This document shows positions 10,588-18,419 of a stretch of DNA of 20,791 bases, in pieces; within the stretch, counting starts at the first letter, position 1; each line of letters starts with the position of its first letter. The position numbers and the translations under genes are program-made. This stretch comes from Macrostomum lignano (Eukaryota): positions 1 to 20,791 of the forward strand of contig NIVC01002365.1 in NCBI GenBank assembly GCA_002269645.1. The letters run 5' to 3'. The notes below the pieces were generated by a model. That model worked only from the letters and a program-made list of their open reading frames with translations. It was not told the origin of the DNA and did not search any database.

Positions 10588-13378
10588 ACGAAGATAATAA
10601 CGGCAATGTAGACGATTACAGCTGCTGTTAAGACGAACTTTTCTTGATAGTTTGCGACTAGTCGATCCCAGTTAAATATCGACGAAGACCATAGATTGAA
10701 GAGAGCTAGTTTTGAGTCCAGGAATGCACTGTCAGCATGGGCTGTCCTGTGTCGTGTTCGATTCGGAAGTTTGAAAACTGTAATCAGAAAATCGCGAGTT
10801 TGCATGAACTGGTGCATTAGGTCGGTCACCGTTATTGGGCTACGAAGTGAAGTATAATTGATATCTCCCATAGGTTTGAAGATGCTCTCGGAGACGGAAG
10901 TTTGCAAATCGGACAATCGATAGTTTTCATCGGATCTGACATTAGCGGTTGTAGGTTCAAACCTCGAAAAATTTAGTGTGGTCTTGAATAGCATCGATTG
11001 TTTAGGCAGGTAGTAGTGTGGGAAGGCGTCGCATGAGATTAGAGCTGGAGTAGCTGTGGAGACAATACGAGTCGTTGTATCCAAAAATCCAAGAACGGTA
11101 TAATTTTGTAGGCGGAATTCCAGTGGGGGCGCGTGAAGCATTGGTTCGTCTTGTACTTTGGTTGGACAAAGCGAAACTGATGTAGGGGTTTGCACTGGTA
11201 GACGAAGAGGTATCCAGCAATGGATCTAGCTCGCAAGAAAGGATCATTTAATAAGAGTCGAGCAGCGAGCGTTGGTTGTGTGTAGTATAACTGTCGATTG
11301 TACTTGAGATTAGTTGCGTACATCAGGCATTGAGTAGTTGCCAGCTGCCTCTGTACTTGGAGAAGATCTTTTCGAGCTTTACTAGCAGCTCCTTGTAGTT
11401 GTCCAGCAAGAAGTTCAGCGGATGCGAACGTTGATGAAAGTTGCGCAGTAGAGTTGCCTGAAGGGGCTGCGATGGTTTTGTCATCTGTGCTTCGCTTGTT
11501 GCGTGGTAGTAGTAGGAGATCCGGTTGACCACCTTGTGGTTCGTGATATGGAACTGCTAGATTCGTATGAATAGAAGCCAGTTGTGGATCTGTTGTTGTC
11601 GCTGGTGAGTTTGTCGTGAAGGTTGAGGTTGCAGACTTTGCTGGTGCACTGGTTGTGCTGCTAGAGGTTGAGGTTGTTGGCGGTAAAGTGGTGGTGGTAC
11701 GAGGTTGTGTCGTCACTTTTGTAGTCATCGTAGTTGAATCTGCTGTCGTTGTTGCTGCTGAGGTTGTAGCAGTGGTGGTTGTTGAAGTTGTCGGTGTTAC
11801 GGTTGTGGTAGGTATTGTTGTCGTTGTAGTCGGTGGCATTGTCGTCGTAGCTGGTGGTGTTGTCATTGTAGTCGGTGGTGTTGTCGTTGTAGTCGGTGGT
11901 GTTGTCGTTGTAGTCGGTGGTGTTGTCGTTGTAGTCGGTGGTGTTGTCGTTGTAGTCGGTGGTGTTGTCGTTGTAGTCGGTGGTGTTGTCGTTGTCAAAA
12001 TTGTAGTTGTTGGTGTTGATTTTGTAGTAGTTAGTATCGTAGTTGTTGGCGCCATTGTTGTAGAAGTGCTTGACGTCGGTGGATGATCAGGTCGCTCTTG
12101 TCGTAAAGGTTGCGGCGGTAGGAATTGTCGTGACTGAGTTGTCGTAGTGAAAGGATGTTGAGTCGTCGATTGCTGAACGGGTAATATTGTTGGTGGCGTT
12201 GGTAGTATCGCTGGTGGTGAACGACGTTTTTGTCTCGAAGAAGTGGTTTCTTCGCTAGTTTGAGGTTTTGGAGTAGCTTCTTCTAATGGGCTTCGTAAGG
12301 TGGCGAGAAATTCTGCTTCTTTGTTGTCGAGGATGTCTACGTATAGACCTTGCGTTGAAAGGTACAACGTCTTACGGACGCCAGTGCAGGTGAGAGTGTG
12401 AGTCGACGGCACTGGGTTGAAGGTTAGTCCCAATGTTTGATCATTAGTTAAGAACAAGCCTGAGTTTAAGTTGCCTTCAAGAGTACGAAATGGTTTTAAA
12501 GGACAATCAGCGAGTGGTGGAGGTGTCCAAATAAGATTTAGATGTCTTGGTCCTTTCACGTCAATTTGGTAGATTGCTTCAGTTTCCAAAGGATCCCAGG
12601 GGGATGTTAGTATTGGCAAAGGTAGGTTGAAAGCTCGCATTTCTTGTGCAGTTGTTTTAATTGTACAAAATTTGTCGGTGAGTTTGCAGTTGTCCATTGG
12701 GAAGGACAAAGATTCCATTTTTTGATCTGCTGTTGAGTAGGCTGGGATTCCGGTGATCACTGTTGTTACTATTTGTTCTGAATGGGAACCGGGAGTGCAA
12801 CGCACAGCATTTTGCGTGTTGAATGTCGATTGCAGGCGTTGGATAGACTGAGTTGACGCAGTCTTTAACACTAATGATCCATCAGGAGATAGCTTTGTTC
12901 GTGCCCAGTTTTCACAATCAGCTTGAGTGACTGGTTGCGGTTCCAACTCTACCAGGGCGGATGTCCAGGTTCTTATCACCGCCTTATCACATCTAATAGT
13001 GATTTTCTCGCGGAAACAGACAGTCATAACCAGGGAACTGGTTTCCACGTTTGTTGTGTAAAGTTCCAGTTTCAACGGGAGTGTCGGCGTTGTTTGGTGT
13101 TTGAGCTGTTCACAACGGATCTCATGTGGTATCGTGAAAATTCGTGGGATCTGGTTGTACGGACAGACCATTGGTGTGTCAATGAAGCCCTCGTGAGATT
13201 GTCTCTCAATCGATGGTGGAGTTGACGTCGTTACCGGCGTAGCGTTGGCTAGTGCGAAGAGTGAAGTTGCTAGGCACAGGAGAAAAAGTGTCAGTAGTGA
13301 TCGGCGAATTCCGACGGAAGCTTTCACGGTTTTCTCGCGGTTGTTGTTGCTGGTCGGTGGAGTGTAGGTGTCAGTCAT
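10314..13378 (-). CDS. env: Env-like class III (herpesvirus gB / chuvirus G-like) fusion glycoprotein; one -1 break near 11127
   Basis: Signal-like LLTLFLLCLATSLFALANA (13297-13241); Cys-spaced ectodomain; furin motifs RQKRR and RNKR; ATTQC...QPTLAARLLLNDPFLRARSIAGYLFVYQC...CFTRP(P)LEFR...GFLD...ISC resembles gB domains III-IV; sequons NST, NYT, NFS, NYT, NRT; TM FVLTAAVIVYIAVIIFVCNL (10637-10578). Confidence 0.85.
11868..11993 (-). repeat. Coding 21-nt tandem repeat (TTTPPTT) x6 in the env mucin-like domain
   Basis: GTAGTCGGTGGTGTTGTCGTT six perfect copies, with degenerate copies towards 11815. Confidence 0.95.
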
Positions 13379-15151
13379 TCTTTCAACCGTACAAAGGCGG
13401 ATAGAGTTGATAGTCGCAGAAGCAGTAGTCGGTTTTTTGAGTAAGGATTTCAGCTGCTTAGCGTCTCCAGAGTAGCGAATTTCGTTTCCAAAAGTCGGTG
13501 GGCGTTCATCAACTGTAGCAATGTGCATCAGTTGGGCAGACTCGGGAGCGTCGTGAGTCGTCCATCCAATCTGCGGCTGTTGATTCCATCCTAGGTGGGA
13601 CGTTTCAGGGTCCTGAGCAGTGATGGCGCGTATCGGTGGATATTGTTGTTGCGCAAATCTCGGAGGTTGTCGTTGATTGTTGGCGCCGTTGTATCGAGGC
13701 GGATAGCGTTGCTGAGGCCGGTTTCCATAGTCTTGACGGGGTGGAAATCGTGATTGTTGTGTCGCCGGTGGACCGTAGCCTTGTGTACGTTGGGCTCGTA
13801 GTCGGCACTGGTTAATAGAGTGTCCTGGTTTTCGGCAATAGTTACAGGTCAATCGTGGCGGTTCCTGCTGGTAACGATCCCGCGGGGCATCAGAGCCGTA
13901 TTGAGCTGTGTTCCTTCGATCGCTTGAGTTAGGTCGGAAGGGACGAGGTTGTTGGTCATTCCTTCGACGACAGTCGGCGGCATAGTGTCCAGGTCGACCG
14001 CAATGATAACAAGTGGGCTTCTGTTGCATATTAGCGATAGGTGGCTTGGTTTGTGTTTGCAGGGAGGCAACCACCTGCTGATTGGCTTCCTTCGTCGTTT
14101 TTTCTAAGGTAGTTAGACGCTCTGTGAGAGCTTTCAAGTCAGTGCCATCAGAGTCCATGGTGGAGTCGCGGATTTGTTCGGCGCGGATGGCCTTGTTGAT
14201 TAGCGTACTTTCCGTGGTGATATTTTGCTTCAAGAGTTCTCGTTTGATGTAGGGCAGTGCATTGTTGATAGTCGTAGCCATCAGGGTAGCAAGGAAGTCT
14301 CGGTTGCGCTGGTCGATGACAGCTTGGTTCGCGGGTGGTGTTTCCGGACCGGCACCTTCCGGAAATTCTTCCGGTATTTCCGGCATAGCTGACCTGAGCT
14401 TTCGACGAATGTCGGTGAAATAAGACAGGAACGGTTCGCCGTACTGTTGTTTCCGGGTTGTTGCATTATGCAGCGTTAGAGCCGAGCCAATGGTTACTTC
14501 CCGAAGGCGTTGAGATAGTGCCTTAATGGTGGCTGGATAAGAGGCTTGGACTACGGCAGAGAGGCGACTGTATTCGAGTTTAAGAAGGTCATTCAGTAGT
14601 CGCGGGAAGAGCCGAATCTTTGCGTTCTCCGATAGTCCAAAGGAGCGTGTGATCAAGTCGAACTCTTCAGTGAAGGAGCGGAAGTCATGCATTTGGTCGA
14701 TTCCTTTCAGGGATTGACGAATTTCAGCAAGAGCAGTAGCTGAGACGGGATGGTTTGATTGCAATTGCAGACTGCGGTTCATAACATCAGTAAGTTCACG
14801 GACAGCATTTGTCGCTGCAGCATCAACATGGGGAGCGCCGTCCTGATCAGCCATATCTAGAGTAGGTTCTTCAGCAATATCGTTTGGGGCCGGTTGAACT
14901 GTTTCGTCCGCGTCTGTTAGGATGGAACTGGGTGCTGGTGAGTGTGCACGGTTGTATTCAAAATGATCCGCGAGAGGGTTATTAAACTCAACGTTATCTG
15001 GTATAAACAGGTTAGGTACTGGTGAACTATTTCGTGGGAGCTGTTCACCTATTTGGCGGTCAGAAGTTTCTAAATTTTGTTCAGGGGGTCTGTTAATATT
15101 TGAGCTTTGAAAAACTGGTCCGGAACGTAAATCTCGGACAGGTGTGGTCAT
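13379..15151 (-). CDS. gag: Gag (capsid plus nucleocapsid); no stop, continues in frame into env
   Basis: First ATG 15151 (MTTPVRDLRSG); retrotransposon capsid-like segment (FTEEFDLI...RKQQYGEPFLSYFTDIRRKL); zinc knuckles CYHCGRPGHYAADC (14011-13970) and CNYCRKPGHSINQC (13846-13805); Q/P/R-rich tail. Confidence 0.92.
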
Positions 15152-15341
15152 TAACAAGAATTCAATCAATAATTTCAAGGCAACAATAGCACAAAAATGT
15201 AACTAATAGCAAAGTAGAGTGTCAAATTCAAAGTGAGCAAACGGCAGTGGCTTTCAGGGTTGCGGTTGGCGGACTGGCTGGGGAAGGGAGAGAAAGAGAG
15301 ACTGTGTGATTTTTTAACTGTTCTTTTGGAAACTGTGAATC

Positions 15342-15516
15342 TTTTGATCGGTTCTGAAACTTTGAATTTTGAAATTTTGAATTGAACTGCCGTTTTGATC
15401 GGTTCTGAAACTTTGAATTTTGAAATTTTGAATTGAACTGCCGTTTTGATCGGTTCTGAAACTTTGAATTTTGAAATTTTGAATTGAACTGCCGTTTTGA
15501 TCGGTTCTGAAACTTT
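15342..15516. repeat. 51-nt tandem repeat, 3 full copies plus a partial, in the 5' leader
   Basis: TTTTGATCGGTTCTGAAAC restarts at 15342, 15393, 15444, 15495. Confidence 0.95.
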
Positions 15517-16027
15517 TATTGAAACTGAATTTGATAAAGGAGCTCCTGAATGTTGGACTAGACGGACATCAGTGGTGGCCAATAAAATCGAATTTGTATC
15601 ATTGAAGTCGGCAGTATTCTTTTTCTTGAAGTCGGCAGTTTTCTTCTGAGAATTTGTTCTGGCTTTTTGAATTTCGAATTTGAATTTTGAACTATCTGAC
15701 GAGTTTCAGCTAGGGGGTTGATTTCATAATTTTAAGCAAACGTAGAGTAATGTTTTTGTAGTTTTATAAATTTGCTATTTTTTAATTTTTTTGAAAATTT
15801 TATAATTTTTTATTGATCGGACTGATCATTTTGTAACTTTAACATGATAAGAGCAGTACGGATTATACGAGATGAACTATAAGCAATGGTATTGTTTTTT
15901 TTGTGTTTTCAAATTTTATTATTTTTGCGATCTAATGGTTATTTTGAAGTAGTATTTTTGCAATGCAATTATAGACGTAACGAGGACAATGATAGAAAGA
16001 AAACCATGAACAAGAGACAAGGAAAGA

Positions 16028-17022
16028 TTATGGTACATGTATGGAGCTCGGGGAGTCGGTGCTGAGGAACACTAAACATGTATTGCCTTTGGCAATAGGG
16101 AGATGAGAGAAAAGTAGAAGTTGTTTGGATCTTAATCCATCATACAAAAACGGGAAATGGCTAGGAAAGGAAAAAAATTCCTGGGGAAATTGTTTATCAG
16201 AGATCGTGAAAAGGTCGCTGAACCGGAGAGTGAGTGGCAGGATGGAGCTGGCCTGGACAGTTTGATTAAGGAAAAGATTTTCTCGTGGGAAATGAAGTTG
16301 ATTGATGGCTTTAATTAAGAAAGGAGGTCTCTCTAGGAGATTAAGTATGCGCGCGAAGTCTGACTTGGGCAGCTTGTTTAAGATAAGGATTTGTTGGAGG
16401 GCACTGAAGCTGAATAAACACACAAGAAAATTCCCTAGCATCCTAATCTCTACATCAAAATGATCTATAAAGGGCAACCGCCAGAATCAGCAATCCGAAA
16501 AAACAAACTTGGGTCGATGAGGATTTGATGGATGGGGCTCGTGGGCTTTGCAAACAGTGAGTTTGGATTGTTTAATCAAGAAAAAGTGATGGAAGGCTAG
16601 GCAAGCGGTCTACGAAAATAAGCAAGGTTTTCCAGATGAAGCACGCAGGCTTGGCAAACAGCGAATCTTGGGCTTTAATCAAGGAAGATAATGAATGGTT
16701 AGACAAGCAACCTGTCTGATAAGCGAAAAAGTTTTCTGACAGCAAGAAAGTGGTGGCTCCAGATTTTGATTGATGTTTACTGTAGTGACTTGGTTGGAAT
16801 AGCTCGTCAGGTTTTTTTGCGTTTTCGTTCTTTCTTTCGGGCGCTTAACGGCGCAGAGAATCTAAGATAAGCCAGTTTTCTAGATGTGGCCACACACTGG
16901 GAAAAACCGAGGAGGAAATCGAATGGCTCAGTCGCTTTGGAGAGTTTCAAATATATATGAAGAAATCCAGAGCAGACTTTGCTATTCTGTGGAAAAGCAG
17001 TGAAGGAAGAGGCGTCCAACAT
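16028..17022 (-). other. Possible frameshift-broken ORF(s) in the long leader upstream of gag
   Basis: 71-aa ATG ORF (17022-16807) ending RKKERKRKKT, followed by open segments in other frames with recurring SLFAKP, LIKA and QILI peptides, then ORF 16477-16028; no homology recognised. Confidence 0.3.
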
Positions 17023-17503
17023 TAAATAAACTTGAACAATTGATGATGCCGCGGTCTTTTGAAAAATCGAAGCTTTGAAGCTTTAACAATTGAGGATCCG
17101 AATAACTGAATTGAATTTCTGCATTGAAGCTCTGAGGCTTGAGAATAAGAACTCGATATCAGACGTTCGACGACGTTTCTTGAATTGAAGTGAAATTGAA
17201 ATTGTAATTGTTCCGGAACGATAATTTATTGACTTTCATGGATCCTTTGAATTTGAAATAACTTGAATCAGGTCTCAGTGCACTGGACAAAACTTAGAAC
17301 CGATTTGAATTCTGAATTTGAATTTGAGAGCTCGTGATTTACGATTCATTCTTCGAATATGTATTATTGACAGTCTCGAATGCTCAAAGGGGAGGGGGGG
17401 GGGAAGCCAGTCCAACCGTTCACACCCATCAGCCACGCCTATAGCTGTCTACCCCATGCAGGGCATAGCGGCTATTGTGGTGAAAAGCATCGGAGGAAAA
17501 GTA

Positions 17504-17517
17504 CGGTCAGGGAACCA
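17504..17517 (-). promoter_or_regulatory. Primer-binding site complementary to tRNA-Glu 3' end
   Basis: Minus strand TGGTTCCCTGACCG starts 1 nt after the 5' LTR CA; it is the 14-nt complement of ...CGGTCAGGGAACCA, the 3' end of animal tRNA-Glu(CTC) as I recall it. Confidence 0.88.
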
Positions 17518-17518
17518 G

Positions 17519-18175
17519 TGAAATATTTTAAAATATATGTGCGTTATTGTTCTTCTTCTGGTCTCTCACTTCTATGGCTCTTGTTCTACTTCAAATATCA
17601 ATGTGAGAGCCGAATAACTGAGGCGGCGGATTCAACTGACTTTTCCTGATGATGCAAACACTTGATGTTAACTTACAGACCGTTGTATTTGATGGTCACG
17701 ATCTCGAGATGTTTTCTCACAAAATATAATGTCTAAGGTGGAATTCCAAATAAGAAGCTCGTTCGATTTAAGTCACAAGGTGTTTCTAATTGTTCGGGTG
17801 AACCGAAGGTTCAGTCTATTGTAGAACGTGGATTGGGTGTTGGTTTAGCTTTAGTGAGTCAATTTATCAGTTTTAGCGTTTGGGTTGAGACCCTAACTGT
17901 GTTAATCAAAATTAGTCAAAAGGAGGTCGGCTGGGAGAAGGGCGAAGGAGAGAAAAGGCGAGGAGAGGCGGAGCGAGAAAGGGGGGGCTTCTTGCTTGGT
18001 TAACATGAGCTTTTATAGTACTTTTCAGTCTTGATCGCATTGGATGGTACATAACTGTTTTTCATTGGTTGAGATTGGGGTCGTGTCCTCGGCTTTTGTT
18101 ATTTGGAGCGCATTCATTGGTTAAAATACATTGAATCTGGATGGGAACTTTCTTGAGTCAAAATGTATCACTTCA
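17519..18175 (-). repeat. 5' LTR (657 bp)
   Basis: Minus strand starts TGAAGTG and ends TATTTCA (TGAA...TTCA inverted termini); hand alignment to 3217-3872 gives about 20 substitutions and 3 small indels. Confidence 0.95.
18011..18120 (-). promoter_or_regulatory. LTR U3 promoter: three CCAAT boxes and TATAAAA
   Basis: Minus-strand CCAAT at 18120-18116, 18068-18064, 18043-18039, then TATAAAA at 18017-18011; all conserved in the other LTR (TATA 3714-3708). Confidence 0.7.
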
Positions 18176-18419
18176 CTACATGTACATTAGCTTCGACGAG
18201 ATCCTCATGCCTCTTACTAAATGGTGGGTTTTAGCTTGTTTTCATTTGATACTAGTCTGTACTAATTCTTGCAATGTTTTGTTCACTTAAAGTACAATGC
18301 ATCTGTATAGTGCATCTTGCAAAACGACAAAATATAAATGCAAAACTCATCTATACATTATATTATGTGCAATAAAATACTTTGATAAGCAAGACAGAAC
18401 AGATCGTATTTTTAATTCA

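Larger units (their letters stand above)
3217..18175 (-). mobile_element. Full-length Ty3/gypsy (Metaviridae-like) LTR retroelement with env, 14,959 bp
   Basis: Direct terminal repeats 3217-3872 and 17519-18175; PBS next to one, PPT next to the other; internal gag, env-like, PR-RT-RH-IN order; RT YLDD; integrase HHCC, D,D(35)E and GPY/F-like NPYRGPM. Confidence 0.97.

Noticed and set aside
11616-12086. Val/Gly-rich plus-strand ORF that looks like a membrane protein
   Set aside because: Antisense shadow of the Thr/Pro mucin repeat
6645-15151. BEL/Pao classification suggested by the gB-like env
   Set aside because: Canonical CX2CX4HX4C knuckles, gypsy-type RT/RNase H motifs and a GPY/F-like integrase tail fit Ty3/gypsy; an RT tree would confirm
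15175-15582. ORF with 17-aa repeats
   Set aside because: TTG start only; openness explained by the 51-nt unit; treated as a leader repeat
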